From UHGV virus genome UHGV-1353844: a stretch of DNA of 64,000 nucleotides; one strand, written 5' to 3'. The translations under genes were made by a program, and so were the position numbers. The notes under the pieces are model-generated. The model was not told where the DNA came from and ran no database searches. It worked only from the letters and a program-made list of their open reading frames with translations. The stretch is from a virus. Position 1 is the first letter of the stretch, and every line of letters begins with the position of its first letter. This document shows positions 36,985-46,495 of this stretch, in pieces.

Positions 36985-37006
36985 CACTAAGGTAATATCT
37001 ATCTGA
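36985..37006 (-). promoter_or_regulatory. candidate phage promoter motif (TCAGATAGATATTACCTTAG) with hairpin 36966-36984
   Basis: conserved motif. Confidence 0.45.
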
Positions 37007-37042
37007 GAAAAAATTAAATAACCCCCTACCCGAAGGTAGGGG
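37005..37042 (-). terminator. rho-independent terminator
   Basis: cccctacc-cgaa-ggtagggg. Confidence 0.65.
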
Positions 37043-37049
37043 TATGTGA

Positions 37050-37694
37050 TTAATTCTCTAAAATACAAGCAACGATTTCAGCCGCTTTTAACCGGTAATC
37101 GTCGTCTTGCTTCACGGGTAATAAATGGTGCAGACAACCACCTTCAGTGAGGATGTGGTGGGCAAAGCGGTAGTGGTCACGTAACGCTTCCCAGCTTTGG
37201 TTATCTTTTAAATACTTAACGGTAAGGACTTCATCGTCCCAATTCTTACCTTGTTCTTCTACCCGTTTCTTAAAGCGTGCTACTGCGCCGTCGTAATCCA
37301 CATCTGTCCAAACGTACAAATCTGGTGCGTGGAAATGACGCGTTAGCTTACGTCGGAAAACTTCGTCTTTACCGTCGACGCCCTGGTAAACGACTGTAGA
37401 GGGACAGAACCTGTCGAAAATAACAACATCGTAATCGTCAACAACATGGTCTAACGTGTGAAGGAAATCGTCGCACATCGCTTCGGCAATTTTTGCTTTT
37501 GCTGCGGACTGAATGACTAAACTGCGTGCACGGATACCCGCCTCGGTCTCCGTCGTAGGGTGATTACGGATGCAGACCTTTAACCCCGCAGATTCCAGCA
37601 TACCTTTTACTATTTTGCACAACGTCGATTTCCCAGAAAAGTCAGGGCCATCAATAGACACTGTCTTAAGCATTATCGTTTTACCTTTACGCAC
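37050..37694 (-). CDS. tmk: thymidylate (dNMP) kinase; likely start at ATG 37673
   Basis: P-loop GPDFSGKST and DRF...VYQG (DRY/AYQ-like) motifs. Confidence 0.6.
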   Translation of the reverse strand: MRKGKTIMLKTVSIDGPDFSGKSTLCKIVKGMLESAGLKVCIRNHPTTETEAGIRARSLVIQSAAKAKIAEAMCDDFLHTLDHVVDDYDVVIFDRFCPSTVVYQGVDGKDEVFRRKLTRHFHAPDLYVWTDVDYDGAVARFKKRVEEQGKNWDDEVLTVKYLKDNQSWEALRDHYRFAHHILTEGGCLHHLLPVKQDDDYRLKAAEIVACILEN

Positions 37695-37769
37695 AAAAAT
37701 TTAAACCGATACTTCTTTATTCCATACCGGCGTTCACATAATAGCTATTGGTTGTAATAAATTTTAGGA

Positions 37770-37806
37770 TAAAAAAGAAACCCGCCCCTACCGATTGGTA
37801 GGGGTA
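37770..37806 (-). terminator. rho-independent terminator
   Basis: cccctacc-gatt-ggtagggg. Confidence 0.6.
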
Positions 37807-37811
37807 AGGTT

Positions 37812-38420
37812 TTATTGATGGTCAACAATCGGACCACTCCACACTTCTGACGTTTCCGGTGCGGTAAGATTAGCCGCCTGTGCTGACGGTACACACAGTA
37901 AAACTAACCCTTGCTTAGCAAGATAGTGCTGCATTCTTGCGGCCTGTACTGCGGTGTCCACAATAACGAGCTCAGCGCCACGTAGAAGCGCTAAAGCCGC
38001 TTGGCCTTCTTGCGGTGTGGTAAACGCGTCTGAGTCGTCCAGAATGCGTTTGAGGCGGTTATACGCAAGTCCTGTAACGTTACAGTGTTCGGTACGTAAA
38101 TCAACAACCATTTCGTTATAGACCCCCACAACCTGTTGCGTAGAGTTTGGATAAAAGCGAAACGAGGCACGACGACGCGCACGACGGACTTCAGAAATCG
38201 CACGTTGGAGTACCACTAATACGTACTTCGGTGCTGCGTCTGACGTCGGTCTACGCATCTTCGCTAACCGCGCTGCCAAATCGAGAACTTTCGTTAACGG
38301 GTAGCGGTGCTTAAACCCCTCCCGTTCAATCGTCACCCCACGCTTTGGTAGCTTACCGGTTTTGTTGATATACGCCACCGTAATCAGCAGTAATGAGTCG
38401 AGAATCATCTCTGACATCAC
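37812..38420 (-). CDS. hypothetical protein
   Basis: 202-aa ORF. Confidence 0.55.
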   Translation of the reverse strand: MMSEMILDSLLLITVAYINKTGKLPKRGVTIEREGFKHRYPLTKVLDLAARLAKMRRPTSDAAPKYVLVVLQRAISEVRRARRRASFRFYPNSTQQVVGVYNEMVVDLRTEHCNVTGLAYNRLKRILDDSDAFTTPQEGQAALALLRGAELVIVDTAVQAARMQHYLAKQGLVLLCVPSAQAANLTAPETSEVWSGPIVDHQ

Positions 38421-38430
38421 AATACCCTCT

Positions 38431-38802
38431 TTAGAACCCCTCGAGAACAGCTTTCACAAATTCATAAACCGTGCGTCGGTGTTCTTCAAGTGGATAAACA
38501 AACTTAGAATAATCGTTGTTCCAGACAACCGGATAGAGGTCACCGTCACAACTTAAATAGCTCTTACGAACCATGTAATAATCTAAACCTACACGGAAGT
38601 TTAACGACAAACTGCCGTGTTTACTACAAACGTGTAGCTGGAGCGATTTCACACCGTCACGGGTTGGCGTTTCAATCGTTTCCGCATACAATACATCCGA
38701 ACACTGTTCTATAACGCTAACGACATCTCTGAGGTTGTTGTGAGCATCAATGGTCGCTTTTCGGAGAGCGTCGGTGTATTGCTGAAGTTCTCGATAGAAC
38801 AT
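38431..38802 (-). CDS. hypothetical protein; overlaps upstream gene by 94 nt but has strong SD AGGAG
   Basis: 123-aa ORF. Confidence 0.5.
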   Translation of the reverse strand: MFYRELQQYTDALRKATIDAHNNLRDVVSVIEQCSDVLYAETIETPTRDGVKSLQLHVCSKHGSLSLNFRVGLDYYMVRKSYLSCDGDLYPVVWNNDYSKFVYPLEEHRRTVYEFVKAVLEGF

Positions 38803-39341
38803 CCTGCTAATCTCCTGTCTCTACCATAAGGCAGAGGAAATGCTTTGTGTTCGTATTCTGCAACGACGTAGGCAGGATAGAACAAAAGGTATTTATAGAA
38901 CGTGGCTAATGTAACGTCTTTCGGGGTAGCCAGAAAGTAATTAAGGTCAGGGTTATCTGGGAATGCAAAATGTATTCCGGTATACACCTGACCGTGATAT
39001 TCACCGTTAAAGGGCGTGACGGCACAACGGGGATGTGTTGGCTCAACGTGTAACCAACGACTCCCTACGTGATAAACACCACGTACCGTCGCGTTTCGTG
39101 TTTTACCCAAATAACGGCAACGAATATTCTTTTCCCACGCAGCACGTTGCGTGGGAGAACCCAGAGAAACAAACCGCGTTAAAGCTTCAGGTGTAAAGTA
39201 ATCAAAAATGCCGGTCGGTAAACACCAACACGCTTTATCGATTCGCACCACTCTCCAACCAGGACGAAAACCCACAGCGTAACGCTCTACACCAAAAGTA
39301 TATCTAGACCCGTCGTGAAACGGTACGAATCTTGCAGCCAT
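38709..39341 (-). CDS. hypothetical protein
   Basis: 210-aa ORF. Confidence 0.55.
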   Translation of the reverse strand: MAARFVPFHDGSRYTFGVERYAVGFRPGWRVVRIDKACWCLPTGIFDYFTPEALTRFVSLGSPTQRAAWEKNIRCRYLGKTRNATVRGVYHVGSRWLHVEPTHPRCAVTPFNGEYHGQVYTGIHFAFPDNPDLNYFLATPKDVTLATFYKYLLFYPAYVVAEYEHKAFPLPYGRDRRLAGCSIENFSNTPTLSEKRPLMLTTTSEMSLAL

Positions 39342-39342
39342 T

Positions 39343-39810
39343 TTAGATTTCCTTTATCATTTCCCTGCATTCGGTACGGAATCCCATTTTCTCATACAAG
39401 GAGATAGCTTTAACGTTGTTGTCTAACACATCCAGACTCATCCAACCACAACCTTTGGACTTTCCGTATTCACGGACTTTGTCCATAAGCGCACGCCCTA
39501 CCCCTTGAGAACGTGCTTCAGGAACCACATAGTAATTCCCGATGTAAACGAACGTGTCTTTTGAGCAAGAACCCAATGAGAACGTCATAAAGCCCAGAAG
39601 CTGTTCGTTATCATCCACCGCACACGCACAGAGATAATCTTGAGGCCAAATCTCTTCTAAACGTTCGATGGGGTTGAACGTGTCACGTCCAGTTAACTGA
39701 CTAATACGCACTTTCTCTTCTGCGAACAACATGTTGTGCAGTTTGAGTACCTGGTCGCCGTATAACTTTCCGTATTTACTGTCGGGTTTGAGAATAATAG
39801 TAATACGCAT
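39343..39810 (-). CDS. GNAT family N-acetyltransferase
   Basis: QGVGRALMDKVREYGKSKGC motif. Confidence 0.65.
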   Translation of the reverse strand: MRITIILKPDSKYGKLYGDQVLKLHNMLFAEEKVRISQLTGRDTFNPIERLEEIWPQDYLCACAVDDNEQLLGFMTFSLGSCSKDTFVYIGNYYVVPEARSQGVGRALMDKVREYGKSKGCGWMSLDVLDNNVKAISLYEKMGFRTECREMIKEI

Positions 39811-40943
39811 TATTTAACCTCAATCAGCGACAACCTGCACCATTCCAGTAAGCCTTCCGCAACACGCACTAACGAGGTAGTAAACGCATCTTCTAAACGC
39901 AGTGCGTTCTTATACCGAACGGTAGCATCGCGTAACTCACGACCGTCTAACGACTTCAGCTCTTTTTTCATTCGCTGAACTTCATCGTAAATACCGGTAT
40001 AACCAACGCTACGTCGCTTCGTACCACGCTGACGTAAAGCTCGGATAATTTTTTCAACGGCTTCGAGAGCTGAACCGATTTCGTGTAAGTTCAGAGATTT
40101 GATTGTGTGGCCAAAATCACCATCACGGGCAATCGCCCACTCAATCTTACCGTTGTCGTGTTCAACGACCACCACGTTACCTGGCCACGGATACGCTTTC
40201 ACCGTTTTAAACGGATCGATAATACCGAACAACCCTGCACTACGTTTAATCGCCCAGTTCGTTGAGCGGCCTACTTTCTCCAAGCCACTCTCAGTAACTT
40301 TCTTGCTCTTACCGATAATGGTGCGCGTTTTAACGGTATACTCGTTGACCATCGCATCCATTGCGTTCAGGTTCTTACTGAACTCAATACACGCTTTTAC
40401 GTTAGGTTTGTCTTCTAAACAAACTTTGGTCGTCCAGCTTCCCGTGTCGCAGTCAACCGGTTTTAAGGTGTCTTTGTCACCGATTAAACTTAGACGAGCA
40501 TTTAACTTTTGCAGTTTGCGCTCTAAGGTCGTTGCTTTAGACGTCGCTTCTTTTAATTCCTTAATGACTTCTTTACCCGCAACTTCGGCAAAATCCACAA
40601 AACGTAAAGCAAGTTGTTTGGAATGTTTACCTGCGAAATTCGCTGATGCTTTTGCACCTGCACTGGCAGCACGCCCTGCTACCCGACTTACGCCACGAAC
40701 CGCACGTCCGGTGAGTCGTGCAGCCGCTTTGCCTATCCCTTTATCAGGTTCCGTGTCTGACAAAAACTGCGCACGGTGCATCATGGCCGCAGACTCTGAC
40801 GCAACAACCACATCATCCAAAAGCCAACGTTTACGGATAGCAACGATAGCCGGATAATTGTCTTTTACTCCAATGGATTCTAACGCTACGAGTCGGTCGT
40901 AATCGTCACAAAGCACTTCTAAGTCGCTATCTAACGTTGACAT
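39810..40943 (-). CDS. hypothetical protein, tandem paralog of 40950-41834
   Basis: shared C-terminal block AYPxxGNVxVV...YKNxxxLEDAxTTxLxRVAxGLLxW; antisense ORF 40099-40857 is a shadow. Confidence 0.6.
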   Translation of the reverse strand: MSTLDSDLEVLCDDYDRLVALESIGVKDNYPAIVAIRKRWLLDDVVVASESAAMMHRAQFLSDTEPDKGIGKAAARLTGRAVRGVSRVAGRAASAGAKASANFAGKHSKQLALRFVDFAEVAGKEVIKELKEATSKATTLERKLQKLNARLSLIGDKDTLKPVDCDTGSWTTKVCLEDKPNVKACIEFSKNLNAMDAMVNEYTVKTRTIIGKSKKVTESGLEKVGRSTNWAIKRSAGLFGIIDPFKTVKAYPWPGNVVVVEHDNGKIEWAIARDGDFGHTIKSLNLHEIGSALEAVEKIIRALRQRGTKRRSVGYTGIYDEVQRMKKELKSLDGRELRDATVRYKNALRLEDAFTTSLVRVAEGLLEWCRLSLIEVK

Positions 40944-40949
40944 GATAAT

Positions 40950-41834
40950 TTACTCGTTTGCTTTGATCGTCGCTTTCACCCAGGCTAACAACCCATCCGC
41001 TACTCGGTCGAGTGCAGTGGTCACCGCGTCTTCCAACTTAATAACGTTTTTGTAAGCGCGTTTAACCTCGGAGATTTCATCCCGATCGACTTTGTACATT
41101 TTATCTTTAATCTTTTCAGCTTCTTGGTAAATACCGCTGTAGCCAAAAAGTCCGTTTTTCGCGTTGCGGGATTCCATGATGTCTGCAATCTTACGCACCG
41201 CTTTTAATGCCTGGTGACATTCACGCTCGGTGAGTGCGGCAATAGTGTCTTTATACATCCCGCCGTTACCGATACCGAACGTAGTCTTACTTTTACCCAG
41301 TTCACCCTGCGTAACGACGTAGACGTTTCCTGCTAACGGATACGCAGTAACTTCCGTGCCCATCAAATTAGGGATATACCCCATCGCACGATGAATCGCT
41401 GAACTACTGGAGTAGCTCAATTCTTTTAACATCCCGTCTTCAACTTTACGGTGAACTTCTTTAGGACCGATAGCCATCGGGTTAGTCACAACCAGGAATT
41501 TCTTCGCAGCCGCCTCGAACCCGTTTACGGAATCGACTAACTTAAGACATTCTTTTAAATCAGGGACGTCTTCGTAACACACACGCGCACACCAGGTGCC
41601 CGCAGGAACCACTTTGGCAGAAAACGTTTTGACGTCTTTCAACCGATCTTCTAATCGGTCAGCGTCTTCTTTCATCGTTTTCATTTTGCCGGTGACGACA
41701 CGCTTAGCATCGTGTAATCGGTTGTTCACTAAACCGATAATTTCCAAATAGACCTGGTGGCCATACGAGGCAGAAGAGTCGGTGCGATCGCGAGACTCCT
41801 GTCCCACCTGTTGGCCAATCCAACTACGACGCAT
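40950..41834 (-). CDS. hypothetical protein, tandem paralog of 39810-40943
   Basis: 294-aa ORF. Confidence 0.6.
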   Translation of the reverse strand: MRRSWIGQQVGQESRDRTDSSASYGHQVYLEIIGLVNNRLHDAKRVVTGKMKTMKEDADRLEDRLKDVKTFSAKVVPAGTWCARVCYEDVPDLKECLKLVDSVNGFEAAAKKFLVVTNPMAIGPKEVHRKVEDGMLKELSYSSSSAIHRAMGYIPNLMGTEVTAYPLAGNVYVVTQGELGKSKTTFGIGNGGMYKDTIAALTERECHQALKAVRKIADIMESRNAKNGLFGYSGIYQEAEKIKDKMYKVDRDEISEVKRAYKNVIKLEDAVTTALDRVADGLLAWVKATIKANE

Positions 41835-41870
41835 ATCAAGATTTCCTTTGTAAAACGGTTAAAGTCAAGT

Positions 41871-42437
41871 TCATAATAAACGAAGACTTTCCAACCACTT
41901 ATCCCGATCGGCGGTATGATAATAACAAGGAACATCGATTGACTTCGCGTATTTTACACCCATTGCGGTGCCACCTTTTGCGTTCCCGTGTTTGTCGTGG
42001 TCGCTAAAGTAATATACTGCGTCTACCGGTTCGTCTAAGCGGTCACCTGCGATGATGTTCAGATTACGACCGTGTAACGCCCAGGCAATCGGTGAGAGAT
42101 TATCTGGGTTTGGGTGGAGTGAAGCAACAACTGCTCGGTACTGCACGTCTTGTGGGATATAACGAAACTCTACCTTAGGGTGTATTTTCCCTAACCACAT
42201 TTTCTTTTCATCCGGCAGGTAACAAACGCTCTTAACGTCCTCGGTGCGTGCTAACATGAACTGAAGTTGGTCTGGGCCTTTATAACACCCTCCAGAACGG
42301 GTGGTAATCGTGTAGCCTTTCTTTCGTAAGATTCGAAACCCTTCCCGTAACGTGTCTAACATTTCCTGCATAACGTCTTCCGGTGTTTCTCGAGACCCGA
42401 TGATCGCGATTTTGTATTCTTTCATGGTCACCTCCAT
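41871..42437 (-). CDS. SLOG/DprA-like Rossmann-fold protein (tentative)
   Basis: KIAIIGSRE N-terminal motif and GTAMGVKYAKSIDVP. Confidence 0.4.
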   Translation of the reverse strand: MEVTMKEYKIAIIGSRETPEDVMQEMLDTLREGFRILRKKGYTITTRSGGCYKGPDQLQFMLARTEDVKSVCYLPDEKKMWLGKIHPKVEFRYIPQDVQYRAVVASLHPNPDNLSPIAWALHGRNLNIIAGDRLDEPVDAVYYFSDHDKHGNAKGGTAMGVKYAKSIDVPCYYHTADRDKWLESLRLL

Positions 42438-42452
42438 AAAGACCGTCGATAA

Positions 42453-42496
42453 TGAAAAAAAAGAAAAGTAGAGAGAGCCCGAAAGCTCTCTCTACC
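42453..42496 (-). terminator. rho-independent terminator
   Basis: gtagagagagc-ccgaaa-gctctctctac. Confidence 0.65.
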
Positions 42497-42507
42497 CACC
42501 GTTACTA

Positions 42508-43170
42508 TTACATCTCCAGGCCGCTTAAGACGACTGTCTCAACCAACGCCTGGCCCATCCACACTTCTAACTCACCGTCCAAATCCGCCAATGGTTTCTT
42601 GTTCAGTTCGTTATTGTAATTAAGACCGTCTAATGTCGTGTCGTTAATCACCTGCCCTAAGTGTAGAGGTAAGATGAATCGGTTTCTCGCACTATAAATA
42701 AAAGAGTCGCACTCGTAAACAACCACATAGCGTTCGATAGACTCGTCAAACTCAACGTGACACTGTGAACCGGTGTCCCAAGCGCGCGACAACACCATAC
42801 CTCGGTCTTGGCACATTTTCTCTACGGCGACTTTAGCGGAAGCTGCCCACGTATCGTAGTTCTTAGGTTGACCGTTTTCGAAATCAAACCAATCCAGATA
42901 CTTGGCAGGAATCTCAAGGAAGTCGTTCAGTTGAAGCTTTGTGTAGGTAATCAGTACCGCATCGTTTATGTCGTTACGGTTCGTTAACTTTACCTTATAG
43001 CGCCCTTCAGGTGTTGGGGCACCGACAAGCGTAACGTCTACCTTTTCAGCCGAAAGCTTTTTCCGTACACTGTCGCTGTTACAATAACTAACGAGATTAA
43101 GTAAGTTCTGTCTGTGGCCAACGTCGAAATCAATTACAAAAGACATACGAACTCCGTGGGGGCTAATCAC
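42508..43170 (-). CDS. hypothetical protein
   Basis: 220-aa ORF. Confidence 0.55.
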   Translation of the reverse strand: MISPHGVRMSFVIDFDVGHRQNLLNLVSYCNSDSVRKKLSAEKVDVTLVGAPTPEGRYKVKLTNRNDINDAVLITYTKLQLNDFLEIPAKYLDWFDFENGQPKNYDTWAASAKVAVEKMCQDRGMVLSRAWDTGSQCHVEFDESIERYVVVYECDSFIYSARNRFILPLHLGQVINDTTLDGLNYNNELNKKPLADLDGELEVWMGQALVETVVLSGLEM

Positions 43171-43559
43171 TAATACCCGTATAACGGATAACGTGCTGTG
43201 ATTTCATCACCCGCATAAAAGGTTAAACGTTGTATATTAATGTTTTTATTCGTATAAGGTACGGTTTCTAACGTCACCTTAACCATTGCAGAGCAGCTAC
43301 CCGGATCAACAAACTGATAAGTTCGACGTTTGATGTTCACCAGATAAAATCCACCCGCAGGGCATAAGTCCGTTTTGCCGTAATTCACCACCGCAAACTC
43401 ATCGTTTTGAACCACAGTGACGGGTTGGTCATCTGCTTTAAACACAACCGGTTTATCGCCAGGGACAGCGGGTTCGTAACGACTGATATCGTAAGGTTTA
43501 AAATCCGCTAATACAGAAAACGAAAGTAACATTAGAAATGGGGTAATAAAACGTTTCAT
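43170..43559 (-). CDS. secreted protein with signal peptide
   Basis: MKRFITPFLMLLSFSVLA N-terminus. Confidence 0.55.
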   Translation of the reverse strand: MKRFITPFLMLLSFSVLADFKPYDISRYEPAVPGDKPVVFKADDQPVTVVQNDEFAVVNYGKTDLCPAGGFYLVNIKRRTYQFVDPGSCSAMVKVTLETVPYTNKNINIQRLTFYAGDEITARYPLYGY

Positions 43560-44035
43560 CAGTTTACCTCATCGAGATAAACACGAAGCCAAGGCATTGA
43601 CTCTAAACGTGGCATCATATTCCGTGTGTTCGGAGACCAACGCAATGACTCGTGGTATTTCTTTTTGAAACGTTCCCAGTGATACGAGAACGGTTTGGGT
43701 TGAAAACCACGCTCTTTAAGCACTTCTTCCCAAACCAGGTCTTTAATGAAATCGTCAACTAACATTAACACCAGCACTTTCCATTTACTCCGGCGGTAGT
43801 GTCGTTGAAAACACTTACGGAGTTCTGAAAAGTCTTCTCGTTTACTGGAACGTACTACTGGGACAGCTTTCTCTTTATATTGCGAACAATGGCTGTGTTG
43901 TACGATCTTAACCGGAACGCCCCGAACCTTACCAGCATGAATATCCAGTTCGTGTTCGGGAACGATTTCAACACAACGTAATGCTTTTGCTCGATTGTCT
44001 TCTAAGCACCGCGTCTCATATTCGACACGTATCAT
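43559..44035 (-). CDS. hypothetical protein
   Basis: 158-aa ORF. Confidence 0.55.
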   Translation of the reverse strand: MIRVEYETRCLEDNRAKALRCVEIVPEHELDIHAGKVRGVPVKIVQHSHCSQYKEKAVPVVRSSKREDFSELRKCFQRHYRRSKWKVLVLMLVDDFIKDLVWEEVLKERGFQPKPFSYHWERFKKKYHESLRWSPNTRNMMPRLESMPWLRVYLDEVN

Positions 44036-44051
44036 TTTAGACTCTCAACGG

Positions 44052-44528
44052 TTAATAAATTTTATCCGCAACAGAGAGAAAGATGGGCGTGTTTTCGATA
44101 AAATCCACCAAATATCCTTCTTCCGGCGGGGCGTATGACGAAACAACGTTACCGTTCGTCATACGAAAATACCGACGAGAGTCGCTGGCGATATACCAAC
44201 GGTCAATCTGGTAGCCTTTTTTCGAAAAGAAACACAGGCCGTCAATGTTCGAAGGGTGGACACGACACGTCACCATTTGACGATCGGAATTCAGTTGAAC
44301 GTACTGCAATAAGAACGAACCCACACCGAAACGTCGAGAACCTTCTGCTACCACCAGATAGATAAGATTGCCCGGTTCCCAAATCGCGATACCGTGCGTA
44401 ATGTCGTCTTCTATCGCTAACGTAATACGAACAGGTGTTTCGCGTATCGAGTTTAAGTCCTTGATGTATTCGCGTAATTGTGGAAATTTAGCGGAGATTT
44501 TGTCTTCAGTAATATCTAACTGCTGCAT
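44052..44528 (-). CDS. hypothetical protein
   Basis: 158-aa ORF. Confidence 0.55.
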   Translation of the reverse strand: MQQLDITEDKISAKFPQLREYIKDLNSIRETPVRITLAIEDDITHGIAIWEPGNLIYLVVAEGSRRFGVGSFLLQYVQLNSDRQMVTCRVHPSNIDGLCFFSKKGYQIDRWYIASDSRRYFRMTNGNVVSSYAPPEEGYLVDFIENTPIFLSVADKIY

Positions 44529-45181
44529 TATTGTTCCCCAATTGACATAACGTTATTAACGAATTCAGCCCACGTAGTGTTCTCGCCGGAAGTAAATAAA
44601 CTGCTAAGCGGAACATTTCGGTGTTTTGGAATAACCGCATCGAGTTTATTTACTGGAACTTCGCTCCATAGCGCCCAGCCGTACAACCCCTCCACCGTTT
44701 TTCTCTCACCACGCAATACTGGTACCCACCAAGCAAACTGTACGAATCTTTTACCGCGACAAATTTTGAGGGTGGTGGTAAAACCGTGGTCTAACATCCG
44801 TACGTCATCAAATTTACAGTTAATTGAGAAAAGGCCGTAGCGGGTGAGTAATTTTCTTATCTGAAACGTCAGCTCAATCTGATAACTCTTCAGTTTATCG
44901 ACGTCCACATAAACCCGACCTTTCCCAACCCCGATTCCTTTCTGTTCTAAATACTCTGCGATTAACGCAGACGTACTCCCTTCTACACCAGGGCAATCTA
45001 ATCCGCCAGATAAAGGTACTGCATTATAATAACGATGCAGCGTCTCCTGGAAAGCCGTCAGCACAAATTCCTCGTCTTTAATAAAATCGATGACCTCCCC
45101 ATTAGAGGCGGACAACGGGGCAAGCTTCAATTCCCAGATAGGAATCAGTAGCGTTCTGGTCATTAAACGTAGTGGTTCCAT
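44528..45181 (-). CDS. hypothetical protein
   Basis: 217-aa ORF. Confidence 0.55.
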   Translation of the reverse strand: MEPLRLMTRTLLIPIWELKLAPLSASNGEVIDFIKDEEFVLTAFQETLHRYYNAVPLSGGLDCPGVEGSTSALIAEYLEQKGIGVGKGRVYVDVDKLKSYQIELTFQIRKLLTRYGLFSINCKFDDVRMLDHGFTTTLKICRGKRFVQFAWWVPVLRGERKTVEGLYGWALWSEVPVNKLDAVIPKHRNVPLSSLFTSGENTTWAEFVNNVMSIGEQ

Positions 45182-45224
45182 GATAAGTCTCCATGTTCAA
45201 GTCTCACAGTATGATCAAAAATTG

Positions 45225-45263
45225 TAAAATAAAAAGAAGAAAACCTCTACCCGAAGGTAGAGG
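45225..45263 (-). terminator. rho-independent terminator
   Basis: cctctacc-cgaa-ggtagagg. Confidence 0.65.
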
Positions 45264-45269
45264 TTGGTT

Positions 45270-45848
45270 TTATTTCGTTGTCTTTGTTTCCGTCTTCGCG
45301 ACGACCTGACCTGATTTCTCAAGTTTCTTCTCGACAACTTTGGTAGCAATCTCCAACGACTTGTAAGCCAATGTTTTAATCGGCCACGTTGCGAATACTA
45401 CCAGTCCAAACAGCGGAAGTAAGGATACAAACAACACTTCCATGCTGTCTTTTGGAAAGTTCTGATGCGTGTCGTACGCTAAGAAGCCTGTCACGACCAC
45501 AGTGGCGAGTGCAAGCAGAACAATAATGAACTTCTGTGCACCGGCAAGTTTTGGCCACAGCGTCAACATCGTTTCTTTGCTTACTTCGTCACCTAAACTC
45601 TCTACAGCATTTGTGGCTTGCTGCTGAAAGTTTTCCGCCATCTTTCCAATGTTCTCAAGAAGCGTTGGACGTAGCTCCGACAGAATCTTTGTACCTGACC
45701 GCGTTACGTCTACAGAGACGTCGTCACCGAAGTTGTCTTTGAGAATCTTAGACAGTTCTTCGGACTGCTCTTTACTTAACTTTCTGTTTCCTGCTTGGAT
45801 AAGAATGTCAAGAATTGCGGCTGACACGTCTTGTGTTGGTTGCGACAT
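45270..45848 (-). CDS. membrane protein with two C-terminal TM helices
   Basis: FIIVLLALATVVVTGFLAY and VLFVSLLPLFGLVVFATWPI. Confidence 0.55.
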   Translation of the reverse strand: MSQPTQDVSAAILDILIQAGNRKLSKEQSEELSKILKDNFGDDVSVDVTRSGTKILSELRPTLLENIGKMAENFQQQATNAVESLGDEVSKETMLTLWPKLAGAQKFIIVLLALATVVVTGFLAYDTHQNFPKDSMEVLFVSLLPLFGLVVFATWPIKTLAYKSLEIATKVVEKKLEKSGQVVAKTETKTTK

Positions 45849-45850
45849 CG

Positions 45851-46495
45851 CTATTTCCTCCGACGTCTTCTCCGCCGTTTTGCTGCCTTAGCAGACTTTT
45901 GTTTTGGCGGTAGGAGACTATTCAAGTTTAACAGGTTTACCCTGACAAAGATATTCCCCACCGCCACGGCATCGATACTGTGCTCATCCAACGTTGTAAT
46001 ATCAAACAACGCGTGGTCGCGATACAACTTCGTTACGGCACGAAACATATCTGTTTTGTCCGTTCCTTTCGCTTCCACACCGACGAATGATTTTACAATA
46101 ATCGGATTGAACCCGTGTAAGACTTTCTCTGGAAACACGTCCCATAACGCTCGTCTTAACATCAGCTGTAACTCTACGCCAGACTCATACGCGGAGAGTT
46201 TTGCTCGCCGCATAAACGGCGTTTCTGTTGCAACAAACGTCGGACGCGCAATCCGAAGAAACTCACGGTAGCACGCTTCGAGTTTTACTAAGCGATCGTC
46301 GCGTTTACCGACACACTCTGCAAACGCACTTGGATGTGTTGGGTCTAATACGTGCATGGTATCAGCCCACACCACTTCGGCTTGGTCGCTGCCATATTCC
46401 CAATCCAGCACCGCCATCCCGAGATGGCTCGTACCGGGGTCTATCGCCGCGATCCTGACCATTTTATCGGGAAGTCTCGGCTCAGGAATCAACAT
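45851..46495 (-). CDS. RuvC-like Holliday junction resolvase with poly-Arg C-terminal tail; likely start ATG 46462
   Basis: RIAAIDPGTSHLG, ATETPFM and DEHSIDAVAVG align with RuvC catalytic motifs. Confidence 0.6.
   Translation of the reverse strand: MLIPEPRLPDKMVRIAAIDPGTSHLGMAVLDWEYGSDQAEVVWADTMHVLDPTHPSAFAECVGKRDDRLVKLEACYREFLRIARPTFVATETPFMRRAKLSAYESGVELQLMLRRALWDVFPEKVLHGFNPIIVKSFVGVEAKGTDKTDMFRAVTKLYRDHALFDITTLDEHSIDAVAVGNIFVRVNLLNLNSLLPPKQKSAKAAKRRRRRRRK

Noticed and set aside
40099-40857. 252-aa plus-strand ORF
   Set aside because: Lies entirely inside the minus-strand paralog gene 39810-40943; low-complexity S/A/L-rich translation typical of an antisense shadow
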